Shown here: one piece after another, positions 41,331 through 56,239 of the stretch | Layout of the letters: the number at the start of each line of letters is the position of its first letter | Position numbering within the stretch: the first letter of the stretch is position 1 | Assembly (NCBI RefSeq): GCF_009914755.1 | Contig: NC_060933.1 | DNA from: the human T2T-CHM13v2.0 reference genome, Homo sapiens | Direction: 5' to 3' (one strand) | DNA: 64,000 nt | Notes under the pieces: generated by a model | What the model saw: the letters and a program-made list of their open reading frames with translations, nothing else | Told to the model about the DNA's origin: nothing | The model's database searches: none | Position numbers and translations under genes: made by a program

Positions 41331-44020
41331 ATTCCCCTGCACTCGGGTTGATTCCCTTCCATTCCACTCCATTCCGTTCCATTCCATTCCATTCCGTTGT
41401 ATTCGGGTTATTTCCATTCCATTCCATTCCATTCCATTCCATTCCAATCCATTACAATCGAGTTGATTCCATTCCATTCCATTCCATTCCATTCCATTCC
41501 ATTCCATTCCAGTCCTTTCCATTCCATTCCACTCGGGTTGATTCCATTCTATTAGATTCCATTCCATTCCATTCCCTTCCATTCCACTCTGGTTGATTCC
41601 ATTCCTTTCCATTCCACTCGAATACATTCCCTCCTATTCCACTCGGAACGATTCCATTCCATTACATTCCATTGCATTCCATTCCATTTCGTTCCATTCC
41701 ATTCTATTCCGTACCATTCCATTCCATTCCATTCCTTTCCATTCCATTCCATTCCACTCGTTTTGATTCCATTCCTTTCCATTCCATTCGGTTTGAAGGT
41801 ATTCCATTCCATTCAATTCCATTCCATTCCATTCCATTCCATTCCATTCCATTCCATTCCATTCCATTCCATTCCATTGTACTCGGGTTGATTCCATTCC
41901 ATTGCATTCCATTCCATTCCATTCCATTCCATTCCATTCCATTCCGTTGCATTCCATTCCATTTCATTCGGATTGATTCTATTCAACTCACTTACTCCCC
42001 ATTACATTCCATTCCATTCGGGTTGTTCCATTCCATTCCATTCCATTCCACTCCATTCCATTGCACTTGGGTTGATTCCATTCCATTACATTCCATTCCA
42101 TTCCGGATGTTTCCATTCCATTGCATTCCGTTCCATTACATTCCCCTGCACTCGCATTGATTCCATTCCATTCCATTCCATTCCATTCAATTCCATTCCA
42201 TTACAATTCGTTCCATTCCATTCTATTCCGTACCATTCCATTCCATTCCATACCATTCCATTCCATTCCATTCCATTCCATTCCGTTCCATTCCGTTCCA
42301 TTGCATTCCATTCCATTCTATTCGGGTTAATTCCATTCCATTCCATTCCATTCCATTCTATTCCATTCCATTGCTATCGAGTTGAATCCATTGCATTTCA
42401 TTCCATTCCATTCCATTCCATTCCGGAAGATTCCATTCCATTGCATTCCATTCCATTCAATTCCCCTGCACTCGCGTTGATTCCATTCCATTCCATTCCA
42501 TTCCATTCCATTCCGTTCCGTTCCGTTCCGTTCCATTCCATTCCATTCCATTCCATTGTATTCCGTTCCGTTTCATTCCATTCCATTCCATTCTATTTGG
42601 GTTAATTCCATTCCATTCCATTCGATTGCAATCGAGTTGATTCCATTCCATTCCATTCCATTCCATTCCATTCCATTCCATTCCATTCCTTTCCATTCCA
42701 TTACGGATGATTCCATTCCATTGCATTCCATTCCATTCCATTCCCCTGTACTCTGGTTGATTCCATTCCATTCCATTCCAATCCATGCCATTCCACTCGT
42801 GTTGATTCCATTCTTTCCATTCCATTCAAGTTGAATCCATTCCATTGCATTGCATTCCATTCAATTCCATTCGATTGCACTCGGGTTGATTCCATTCCAT
42901 TCCATTCCATTCCATTCCATTCCATTCCATTCCATTCGGATTGATTCTACTCAATTCCCTTACACTCCATTACATTCCATTCCATTCGGGTTGTTCCATT
43001 CCATTCCATTCCATTCCACTCCATTCCATTACACTCGGGTTGATTCCATTCCATTCCATTCCATTCCATTCCGGAAGATTCCATTCCATTGCATTCCATT
43101 ACATTCCATTCTCCTGCACTCGCGTTGATTCCATTCCATTCCATTCCATTCCATTCCATTACTTTCCGTTCCATTCCATTCCATTCCATTCCATTCCATT
43201 CCGTTCCGTTCCGTTCCGTTCCAATCCATTCCATTCCATTCTATTCGGGTTAATTCCATTCCATTCCATTCGATTGCAATCGAGTTGATTCCATTCCATT
43301 CCATTCCATTCCATTCCATTCCATTCCATTCCTTTCCATTCCATTACGGATGATTCCATTCCATTGCATTCCATTCCATTCCATTCCCCTGTACTCGGGT
43401 TGATTCCATTCCATTCCATTCCAATCCATGCCATTCCACTCGTGTTGATTCCATTCTTTCCATTCCATTCAAGTTGAATCCATTCCATGGCTTTCCATTC
43501 CATTCCATTCCCCTGCAGTCGGGTTGATTCCATTCCATTCCATTCGATTCCATTCCATTCCATTCCATTCCGTTCCGTTCCATTTAATTCCATTCCATTC
43601 TATTCGGGTTAATTCCATTCCATTCCATTCCATTCCATTCCATTCCATTCCAATCGAGTTGATTCCACTCCATTCCATTCCATTCCATTCCACTCCATTC
43701 CCGTCCTTTCCATTCCATTCCACTCGGGTTGATTCCAATGTATTCCTTTCCAGTCCATTCCATTCCATTGCAATCGAGTTGATTCCATTGCTTTGCATTC
43801 CATTCCATTCCATTACATTCCGGATGATTCCATTCCATTGCATTCCATTCCATTCCATTCCCCTGCACTCGGGTTGATTCCATTCCATTCCACTCCATTC
43901 CGTTCCATTCCATTCCATTCCATTGTATTTGGGTTAATTCCATTCCATTCCATTCCATTCCATTCCATTGCATTCCATTACAATCGAGTTCATTCCATTC
44001 CATTCCATTCCATTCCATTC

Positions 44021-44380
44021 CATTCCAGTCCTTTCCATTCCATTCCACTCAGGTTGATTCCATTCTATTAGTTTCCATTCCATTCCATTCCCTTCCATTC
44101 CACTCTGATTGATTCCATTCCTTTCCAATCCACTCGAATACATTCCCTCCTATTCTACTCGGAACGATTCCATTCCATTCCATTCCATTCCATTCCATTC
44201 CATTCCAGTCCTTTCCTTTCCATTCCACTGAGGTTGATTCCATTCTATTAGTTTCCATTCCATTCCATTCCCTTCCATTCCACTCTGGTTGATTCCATTC
44301 CTTTCCAATCCACTCGAATACATTCCCTCCTATTCTACTCGGAACGATTATATTGCATTCCATTCCATTCCATTCCATTC
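44021..44380 (+). repeat. 2 x 180 bp local tandem duplication (also at 50376-50735)
   Basis: CATTCCAGTC at 44021 and 44201. Both units share AGGTTG, CTTTCCAATC and TATTCTACTCGGAACG. Confidence 0.9.
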
Positions 44381-44623
44381 CATTCCATTCCATTTCTTTC
44401 CATTACATTCTATTCCATACCATTCCATACCATTCCATTCCATTCCATTCCATTCCATTCCATTCCACTCGTGTTGATTCCATTCCTTTCAATTCCATTC
44501 GGTTTGAAGCCATTCCATTCCATTCCATTCCATTCCATTCCATTCCTGTCCATTCCATTGCACTCGGGTTGATTCCATTCCATTCCATTCCATTCCATTC
44601 CATTCCTGTCCATTCCATTGCAC

Positions 44624-47600
44624 TCGGGTTAATTCCATTCCATTCCATTCGATTGCAATCGAGTTGATTCCATTCCATTCCATTCCTTTCCATTCCTTTC
44701 CATTCCATTACGGATGATTCCATTCCATTGCACTCCATTCCATTCCATTCCCCTGTACTCTGGTTGATTCCATTCCATTCCATTCCAATCCATGCCATTC
44801 CACTCGTGTTGATTCCATTCTTTCCATTCCATTCAAGTTGAATCCATTCCATTTCATTCCATTCCATTCCATTCCCCTGTAGTCGGGTTGATTCCGTTCC
44901 ATTCCATTCCATTCCATTCCATTCCATTCCGTTCCATTCCATTCCATTCCATTCCATTCTATTCGGATTAATTCCATTCCATTGCATTCCATTCCATTCC
45001 ATTCCCCTCCACTCGGGTTGATTCCATTCCATTCCACTCCATTCCGTTCCATTCCATTCCATTCCATTGTATTCGGGTTAATTCCATTCCATTCCATTCC
45101 ATTCCATTCCATTATAATCGAGTTGATTCCATTCCATTCTGTTCCATTCCAGTCCTTTCCATTCCATTCCAGTCGGGTTGATTCCATTCTATTAGTTTCC
45201 ATTCCATTCCATTCCCTTCCATTCCACTCTGGTTGATTCCATTCCTTCCCATTCCACTCGAAAACATTCCCTCCTATTCCATTCGCAACGATTCCATTCC
45301 ATTCCATTCCATTCCATTCCATTCCATTCCATTCCATTTCGTTCCATTCCAATCTATTCCGTATCATTCCATCCATTCCATTCCATTCCATTAAATTCCA
45401 TTCCATTCCATTCCATTCCATTGTACTCGGGTTGATTCCATTCCATTGCATTCCATTCCATTCCATTCCATTCCATTCCGTTGCATTCCATTCCATTACA
45501 TTCGGATTGATTCTATTCAACTCCCTTACTCTCCATTACATTCAATTCCATTCGGGTTGTTCCATTCCATTCCATTCCATTCCACTCCATTCCATTGCAC
45601 TCGGGTTGATTCCATTCCATTCCATTCCATTCCATTCCGGATGATTCCATTCCATTGCATTCCTTTCCATTACATTCCCCTGCACTCGCGTTGATTCCAT
45701 TCCATTCCATTCCATTCCATTCAATTCCATTCCATTACAATTCGTTCCATTCCATTCTATTCCGTACCATTCCATTCCATTCCATACCATTCCATTCAAT
45801 TCCATTCCATTCCATTCCTTTCCATTCCGTTCCATTCCATTCCATTCCATTCTATTCGGATTAATTCCATTCCATTCCATTCCATTCCATTCTATTCCAT
45901 TCCATTGCAGTCGAGTTGAATCCATTGCATTTCATTCCATTCCATTCCATTCCATTCCATTCCGGAAGATTCCATTCCATTGCATTCCATTCCATTCCAT
46001 TCCCCTGCACACGCGTTGATTCCATTCCATTCCATTCCATTCCATTCCATTCCATTCCGTTCCGTTCCATTCCATTCTATTCCATTCCATTCCATTCCGT
46101 TCTGTTCCATTCCATTCCATTCCATTCTATTCGGGTTAATTCCAATCCATTCCATTCGATTGCAATCGAGTTGATTCCATTCCATTCCATTCCATTCCAT
46201 TCCATTCCTTTCCATTCCATTACGGATGATTCCATTCCATTGCATTCCATTCCATTCCATTCCCCTGTACTCGGGTTGATTCCATTCCATTCCATTCCAA
46301 TCCATGCCATTCCACTCGTGTTGATTCCATTGTTTCCATTCCATTCAAGTTGAATCCATTCCATTGCATTCCATTCCATTCTATTCCATTCGATTGCACT
46401 CGGGTTAATTCCATTCCATTCCATTCCATTCCATTCCATTCCGTTCCATTCCATTCCATTACATTCCGATTGATTCTATTCAATTCCCTTACACTCCATT
46501 ACATTCCATTCCATTCGGGTAGTTTCCATTCCATTCCATTCCATTCCTCTCCATTCCATTGCACTCGGGTTGATTGCATTCCATTGCATTCCATTCCATT
46601 CCATTCAATCCCATTCCGTTCCCTTCCATTCCATTACATTCGGATTGATTCTATTCAACTCCCGTACTCTCCATTACATTCGATTCCATTCGGGTTGTTC
46701 CATTCCATTCCATTCCATTCCACTCCATTCCATTGCACTCGGGTTGATTCCATTCCATTCCATTCCATTCCGGAAGATTCCTTTCCATTGCATTCCCTTA
46801 CATTCCATTCCCCTGCACTCGCGTTGATTCCATTCCATTCCATTCCATTCCATTCCATTCCATTCCATTCCTTTCCGTTCCATTCCATTGCATTCCATTC
46901 CATTCCATTCCATTCCATTCCATTCCATTCCGTTCCGTTCCGTTCCATTCCATTCCATTCCATTCTTTTCGGGTAAATTCCATTCCATTCCATTCCATTG
47001 CAATCGAGTTGATTCCATTCCATTCCATTCCATTCCATTCCATTCCTTTCCATTCCATTACGAATGATTCCATTCCATTGCATTCCATTCCATTCCATTC
47101 CCCTGTACTCGGGTTGATTCCATTCCATTCCATTCCAATCCATGCCATTCCACTCGTGTTGATTCCATTCTTTCCATTCCATTCAAGTTGAATCCATTCC
47201 ATTGCATTCCATTCCATTCCATTCCATTCCCCCGCAGTAGGGTTGATTCCATTCCATTCCTTTCCATTCCATTCCGTTCCTTTCCATTTAATTCCATTCC
47301 ATTCTATTCGGTTTAATTCCATTCCATTCCATTCCATTCCATTCCAATCGAGTTGATTCCATTCCATTCCATTCCATTCCATTCCACTCCATTCCAGTCC
47401 TTTCCATTCCATTCCCCTCGGGTTGATTCCAATGTATTCCTTTCCATTCCATTTCATTCCATTGCAATCGAGTTGATTCCATTTCTTTGCATTCCATTCC
47501 ATTCTATTCCATTCCGGATGATTCCATTCCATTGCATTCCATTACATTCCATTCCCCTCGGGTTGATTCCAATGTATTCCTTTCCATTCCATTTCATTCC

Positions 47601-50600
47601 ATTGCAATCGAGTTGATTCCATTTCTTTGCATTCCATTCCATTCTATTCCATTCCGGATGATTCCATTCCATTGCATTCCATTCCATTCCATTCCCCTGC
47701 ACTCGGGTTGATTCCCTTCCATTCCACTCCATTCCGTTCCATTCCATTCCATTCCGTTGTATTCGGGTTATTTCCATTCCATTCCATTCCATTCCATTCC
47801 ATTCCAATCCATTACAATCGAGTTGATTCCATTCCATTCCATTCCATTCCATTCCATTCCATTCCAGTCCTTTCCATTCCATTCCACTCGGGTTGATTCC
47901 ATTCTATTAGATTCCATTCCATTCCATTCCCTTCCATTCCACTCTGGTTGATTCCATTCCTTTCCATTCCACTCGAATACATTCCCTCCTATTCCACTCG
48001 GAACGATTCCATTCCATTACATTCCATTGCATTCCATTCCATTTCGTTCCATTCCATTCTATTCCGTACCATTCCATTCCATTCCATTCCTTTCCATTCC
48101 ATTCCATTCCACTCGTTTTGATTCCATTCCTTTCCATTCCATTCGGTTTGAAGGTATTCCATTCCATTCAATTCCATTCCATTCCATTCCATTCCATTCC
48201 ATTCCATTCCATTCCATTCCATTCCATTCCATTGTACTCGGGTTGATTCCATTCCATTGCATTCCATTCCATTCCATTCCATTCCATTCCATTCCATTCC
48301 GTTGCATTCCATTCCATTTCATTCGGATTGATTCTATTCAACTCACTTACTCCCCATTACATTCCATTCCATTCGGGTTGTTCCATTCCATTCCATTCCA
48401 TTCCACTCCATTCCATTGCACTTGGGTTGATTCCATTCCATTACATTCCATTCCATTCCGGATGTTTCCATTCCATTGCATTCCGTTCCATTACATTCCC
48501 CTGCACTCGCATTGATTCCATTCCATTCCATTCCATTCCATTCAATTCCATTCCATTACAATTCGTTCCATTCCATTCTATTCCGTACCATTCCATTCCA
48601 TTCCATACCATTCCATTCCATTCCATTCCATTCCATTCCGTTCCATTCCGTTCCATTGCATTCCATTCCATTCTATTCGGGTTAATTCCATTCCATTCCA
48701 TTCCATTCCATTCTATTCCATTCCATTGCTATCGAGTTGAATCCATTGCATTTCATTCCATTCCATTCCATTCCATTCCGGAAGATTCCATTCCATTGCA
48801 TTCCATTCCATTCAATTCCCCTGCACTCGCGTTGATTCCATTCCATTCCATTCCATTCCATTCCATTCCGTTCCGTTCCGTTCCGTTCCATTCCATTCCA
48901 TTCCATTCCATTGTATTCCGTTCCGTTTCATTCCATTCCATTCCATTCTATTTGGGTTAATTCCATTCCATTCCATTCGATTGCAATCGAGTTGATTCCA
49001 TTCCATTCCATTCCATTCCATTCCATTCCATTCCATTCCATTCCTTTCCATTCCATTACGGATGATTCCATTCCATTGCATTCCATTCCATTCCATTCCC
49101 CTGTACTCTGGTTGATTCCATTCCATTCCATTCCAATCCATGCCATTCCACTCGTGTTGATTCCATTCTTTCCATTCCATTCAAGTTGAATCCATTCCAT
49201 TGCATTGCATTCCATTCAATTCCATTCGATTGCACTCGGGTTGATTCCATTCCATTCCATTCCATTCCATTCCATTCCATTCCATTCCATTCGGATTGAT
49301 TCTACTCAATTCCCTTACACTCCATTACATTCCATTCCATTCGGGTTGTTCCATTCCATTCCATTCCATTCCACTCCATTCCATTACACTCGGGTTGATT
49401 CCATTCCATTCCATTCCATTCCATTCCGGAAGATTCCATTCCATTGCATTCCATTACATTCCATTCTCCTGCACTCGCGTTGATTCCATTCCATTCCATT
49501 CCATTCCATTCCATTACTTTCCGTTCCATTCCATTCCATTCCATTCCATTCCATTCCGTTCCGTTCCGTTCCGTTCCAATCCATTCCATTCCATTCTATT
49601 CGGGTTAATTCCATTCCATTCCATTCGATTGCAATCGAGTTGATTCCATTCCATTCCATTCCATTCCATTCCATTCCATTCCATTCCTTTCCATTCCATT
49701 ACGGATGATTCCATTCCATTGCATTCCATTCCATTCCATTCCCCTGTACTCGGGTTGATTCCATTCCATTCCATTCCAATCCATGCCATTCCACTCGTGT
49801 TGATTCCATTCTTTCCATTCCATTCAAGTTGAATCCATTCCATGGCTTTCCATTCCATTCCATTCCCCTGCAGTCGGGTTGATTCCATTCCATTCCATTC
49901 GATTCCATTCCATTCCATTCCATTCCGTTCCGTTCCATTTAATTCCATTCCATTCTATTCGGGTTAATTCCATTCCATTCCATTCCATTCCATTCCATTC
50001 CATTCCAATCGAGTTGATTCCACTCCATTCCATTCCATTCCATTCCACTCCATTCCCGTCCTTTCCATTCCATTCCACTCGGGTTGATTCCAATGTATTC
50101 CTTTCCAGTCCATTCCATTCCATTGCAATCGAGTTGATTCCATTGCTTTGCATTCCATTCCATTCCATTACATTCCGGATGATTCCATTCCATTGCATTC
50201 CATTCCATTCCATTCCCCTGCACTCGGGTTGATTCCATTCCATTCCACTCCATTCCGTTCCATTCCATTCCATTCCATTGTATTTGGGTTAATTCCATTC
50301 CATTCCATTCCATTCCATTCCATTGCATTCCATTACAATCGAGTTCATTCCATTCCATTCCATTCCATTCCATTCCATTCCAGTCCTTTCCATTCCATTC
50401 CACTCAGGTTGATTCCATTCTATTAGTTTCCATTCCATTCCATTCCCTTCCATTCCACTCTGATTGATTCCATTCCTTTCCAATCCACTCGAATACATTC
50501 CCTCCTATTCTACTCGGAACGATTCCATTCCATTCCATTCCATTCCATTCCATTCCATTCCAGTCCTTTCCTTTCCATTCCACTGAGGTTGATTCCATTC

Positions 50601-50961
50601 TATTAGTTTCCATTCCATTCCATTCCCTTCCATTCCACTCTGGTTGATTCCATTCCTTTCCAATCCACTCGAATACATTCCCTCCTATTCTACTCGGAAC
50701 GATTATATTGCATTCCATTCCATTCCATTCCATTCCATTCCATTCCATTTCTTTCCATTACATTCTATTCCATACCATTCCATACCATTCCATTCCATTC
50801 CATTCCATTCCATTCCATTCCACTCGTGTTGATTCCATTCCTTTCAATTCCATTCGGTTTGAAGCCATTCCATTCCATTCCATTCCATTCCATTCCATTC
50901 CTGTCCATTCCATTGCACTCGGGTTGATTCCATTCCATTCCATTCCATTCCATTCCATTCC
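44624..50961 (+). repeat. 6.36 kb tandem duplication, copy 2
   Basis: Matches 38264-44606. The only differences I noticed are A39864/G46224 and one missing pentamer near 47830-47865. Confidence 0.95.
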
Positions 50962-51825
50962 ATTCCGGATGATTCCATTCCATTACATTCCATTCCATTA
51001 TAATCCCCTGCACTCGCGTTGATTCCATTCCATTCCATTCCATTCCATTCCATTCCATTCCATTCCATTCCATTCCATTCCGTTCCATTGTACTCGGGTT
51101 GATTCCATTCCATTGCATTCCATTCCATTCCATTCCATTCCATTCCATTCCATTCCTTTCCATTCCATTCCATTACATTCGGATTGATTCTATTCAACTC
51201 CCTTACTCTCCATTACATTCCATTCCATTCGGGATGTTCCATTCCATTCCATTCCATTCCACTCCATTCCATTGCACTCGGGTTGATTCCATTCCATTCC
51301 ATTCCATTCCATTCCATTCCATTCCGGATGATTCCATTCCATTACATTCCGTTCCATTATATTCCCCTGCACTCGCGTTGATTCCATTCCATTCCATTCC
51401 ATTCCACACCATTCCATTCCACTCCATTCCATTCCATTCCATTCCATTCCGTTCCGTTCCGTTCCATTCCATTCCATTCCATTCCATTCCGTTGCGTTCC
51501 GTTCCATTCCATTCCATTCCATTCCATTCCATTCCGTTCCGTTCCATTCCATTCCATTCCATTCTATTCGGGTTAATTCCATTCCATTCCATTCGATTGC
51601 AATCGTGTTGATTCCATTCCATTCCATTCCATTCCATTCCATTCCATTCCATTCCATTCCTTTCCATTCCATTACGGATGATTCCATTCCATTGCATTCC
51701 ATTCCATTCCATTCCCCTGTACTCGGGTTGATTCCATTCCATTGCATTCCAATCCATGCCCTTCCACTCGTGTTGATTCCATTCTTCCATTCCATTCAAG
51801 TTGAATCCATTCCATTGCATTCCAT

Positions 51826-51960
51826 TCCATTCGATTCCATTCGATTGCACTCGGGTTGATTCCATTCCATTGCATTCCATTCCGTTCCATTGCATTCCAT
51901 TCCATTCGATTCCATTCGATTGCACTCGGGTTGATTCCATTCCATTGCATTCCATTCCAT
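51826..51960 (+). repeat. Local 75 bp tandem duplication
   Basis: TCGATTCCATTCGATTGCACTCGGG at 51831 and 51906. Confidence 0.75.
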
Positions 51961-54900
51961 TCCATTCCATTCCGTTCCATTCCATTCCATTACATTCGGA
52001 TTCATTCTATTCAATTCCCTTACACTCCATTACATTCCATTCCATTCGGGTAGTTTCCATTCCATTCCATTCCTTTCCTCTCCATTCCATTGCACTCGGG
52101 TTGATTCCATTCCATTGCATTCCATTCCATTCCATTCCATTCCATTCCGTTCCATTCCACTCCATTACATTCGGATTGATTCTATTCAACTCCCTTACTC
52201 TCCATTACATTCCATTCCATTCGGGCTGTTCCATTCCATTCCATTCCATTCCACTCCATTCCATTGCACTCGGGTTTATTCCATTCCATTCCATTCCATT
52301 CCATTTCATTCCGTTCCATTCCGGAAGATTCCATTCCATTGCATTCCATTCCATTCCATTCCCCTGCACTCGCGTTGATTCCATTCCATTCCATTCCATT
52401 CCATTCCATTCCATTCCATTCCATTCCATTCCATTCCTTTCCGTTCCATTCCATTCCATTCCTTTCCATTCTATTCCATTCCATTCCATTCCATTCCGTT
52501 CCATTCCGTTCCATTCCATTCCATTCCATTCTATTCGGGTTAATTCCATTCCATTCCACTCGATTGCAATCGAGTTGATTCCATTCCATTCCATTCCATT
52601 CCATTCCATTCCATTCCATTCCATTCCTTTCCATTCCATTCCTTTCCATTCCATTACGGATGATTCTATTCCATTGCATTCCATTCCATTCCATTCCCCT
52701 GTACTCGGTTTCATTCCATTCCATTCCATTCCAATCCATGCCATTCCACTCGTGTTCATTCCATTCTTTCCATTCCATTCAAGTTGAATCCATTCCATTG
52801 CATTCCATTCCATTCCATTACCCTGCAGTCGGGTTGATTCCATTCCATTCCATTCCATTCCATTCCATTCCGTTACGTTCCGTTCCATTCCATTCCATTC
52901 CATTCTATTCGGGTTAATTCCATTCCATTCCATTCCATTCCATTCCATTCCATTCCATTCCAATCGAGTTGATTCCATTCCATTCCATTCCATTCCATTC
53001 CACCCCATTCCAGTCCTTTCCATTCCATTCCACTCGGGTTGATTCCAATGTATTCCTTTCCATTCCATTCCATTCCATTGTAATCGAGTTGATTCCATTG
53101 CTTTGCATTCCATTTCATTCCATTCCATTCCGGATGATTCCATTCCATTCCATTCCATTCCATTCCATTCCATTCCGTTGCATTCCATTCCATTACATTC
53201 AGATTGATTCTATTCAACTCTCTTACTCTCCATTACGTTCCATTCCATTTGGGTTGTTCCATTCCATTGCATTCCATTCCACTCCATTCCATTGCACTCG
53301 GGTTGATTCCATTCCATTCCATTCCATTCCATTCCATTCCATTCCGGATGATTCCATTCCATTGCATTCCGTTCCTTTACATTCCCCTGCACTCGCTTTG
53401 ATTCCATTCCATTCCATTCCATTCCATTCAATTCCATTCCATTACAATTCGTTCCAATCCATTCTATTCCGTACCTTTCCATTCCATTCCATACCATTCC
53501 ATTCCATTCCATTCCATTCCATTCCATTCCATTCCGTTCCATTCCGTTCCATTCCATTCCATTCCATTCTATTCGGGTTAATTCCATTCCATTCCATTCC
53601 ATTCCATTCCATTCCATTCTATTCCATTCCATTGCAATCGAGTTGAATCAATTGCATTTCATTCCATTCCATTGCATTCCATTCCATTCCGGAAGATTCC
53701 ATTCCATTGCATTCCATTCCATTCCATTCCCCTGCACTCGCGTTCATTCCATTCCATTCCATTCCATTCCATTCCATCCATTCCGTTCCGTTCCGTTCCA
53801 TTCCATTCCATTCCATTCCGTTCCGTTCCATTCCTTTCCATTCCATTCTATTCGGGTTAATTCCATTCCATTCCATTCGATTGCAATCGAGTTGATTCCA
53901 TTCCATTCCATTCCATTCCATTCTTTCCATTCCATTACGGATGATTCCATTCCATTGCATTCCATTCCATTCCATTCCCCTGTACTCGGGTTGATTCCAT
54001 TCCATTCCATTCCAATCCATGCCATTCCACTCGTGTTGATTCCATTCTTTCCATTCCATTCAAGTTGAATCCATTCCATTGCATTCCATTCCATTCGATT
54101 CCATTCGATTGTACTCGGGTTTATTCCATTCCATTGCATTGCATTCCATTCCATTCCTTTCCATTCCATTCCATTCCGTTCCAATCCATTCCATTACATT
54201 CGGATTGATTCTATTCAATTCCCTTACACTCCATTACATTCCATTCCATTCGGGTAGTTTCCATTCCATTCCATTCCATTCCTCTCCATTCCATTGCACT
54301 CGGGTTGATTCCATTCCATTGCATTCCATTCCATTCCATTCAATTCCATTCCGTTCCATTCCATTCCATTACATTCGGATTGATTCTATTCAACTCCCTT
54401 ACTCTCCATTACATTCCATTCCATTCGGGTTGTTCCATTCCATTCCATTCCATTCCACTCCATTCCATTGCACTCGTGTTGATTCCATTCCATTCCATTC
54501 CATTCCATTCCATTCCATTCCATTCCGGAAGATTCCATTCCATTGCATTCCATTCCATTCCATTCCCCTGCACTCGCGTTGATTCCATTCCATTCCATTC
54601 CATTCCATTCCATTCCATTCCATTCCTTTCGATTCCATTCCATTCCATTCCATTCCATTCCAATCCATTCCATTCCTTTCCTTTCCGATCCATTCCATTC
54701 CATTCCATTCTATTCGGGTTAATTCCATTCCATTCCATTCGATTGCAATCGAGTTGATTCCATTCCATTCTATTCCATTCCATTCCATTCCTTTCCATTC
54801 CATTATGGATGATTCCATTCCACTGCATTCGATTCCATTCCATTCCCCTGTACTCGGGTTGATTCCATTCCATTCCATTCCAATCCATGCCATTCCACTC

Positions 54901-56239
54901 GTGTTGATTCCATTCTTTCCATTCCATTCAAGATGAATCCATTCCATTGCATTCCATTCCATTCCATTACCCTGCAGTCGGGTTGATTCCATTCCATTCC
55001 ATTCCACTCCATTCCAGTCCTTTCCATTCCATTCCACTCGGGTTGATTCAAATGTATTCCATTCCATTCCATTCCATTCCATTGCAATCGAGTTGATTCC
55101 ATTGCTTTGCATTCCATTCCATTCCATTCAATTCCGGATGATTCCATTCCATTGCATTCTATTCCATTCCATTCCCCTGCACTCGGGTTGATTCCATTCC
55201 ATTCCACTCCATTCCGTTCCATTCCATTCCATTCCATTGTATTCGGGTTAATTCCATTCCATTCCATCCATTCCATTCCATTCCATTCCATTACAATCGA
55301 GTTGATTCCATTCCATTCCATTCCATTCCATTCCATTCCAGTCCTTTCCATTCTATTCCACTCGGGTTGATTCCATTCTATTAGTTTCCATTCCATTCCA
55401 TTCCCTTCCATTCCACTCTGGTTGATTCCATTCCTTTCCATTCCACTCGAATACATTCCCTCCTATTCCACTCGGAACGATTCCATACCATACCATTCCA
55501 TTCCATTCCATTCCATTCCATTCCATTTCGTTCCATTCCATTCTATTCCGTATCATTCCATTCCATTCCGTTCCATTCCATTCCATTCCATTCCACTCGT
55601 GTTGATTCCATTCCTTTCCATTCCATTCGGTTTGAAGGCATTGCATTCCTTTCCATTCCAATCCATTCCATTCCATTCCTTTCCATTGTACTCGGGTTGA
55701 TTCCATTCCATTGCATTCCATTCCATTCCATTCCATTCCATTCCGCTGGATTCCATTCCATTACATTCGGATTGATTCTATTCAACTCCCTTACTCTCCA
55801 TTACATTCCATTCCATTCGGGTTGTTCCATTCCATTTCATTCCATTCCACTCCATTCCATTGCACTAGGGTTGATTCCATTCCATTCCATTCCATTCCAT
55901 TCCGGATGATTCCATTCCATTGCATTGCATTCCATTCCATTCCTCTGCACTCGGGTTGATTCCATTGCATTCCACTCCATTCCGTTCCATTCCATTCCAT
56001 TCCATTGTATTCGGGTTAATTCCTTTCCATTCCATTCCATTCCATTCCATTACAATCGAGTTGATTCCATTCCATTCCATTCCATTCCAGTCCTTTCCAT
56101 TCCATTCCACTCGGGTTGATTCCATTCTATTAGTTTCCATTCCATTCCATTCCCTTCCATTCCACTCTGGTTGCTTCCATTCCTTTCCATTCCACTCGAA
56201 TACATTCCCTCCTATTCCACTCAGAACGATTCCATTCCA

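Larger units (their letters stand above)
38264..44623 (+). repeat. 6,360 bp tandem duplication, copy 1
   Basis: Dozens of ORFs recur with identical translations at +6360 (38269/44629 to 41127/47487), then +6355 (41552/47907 to 44289/50644). Confidence 0.95.
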
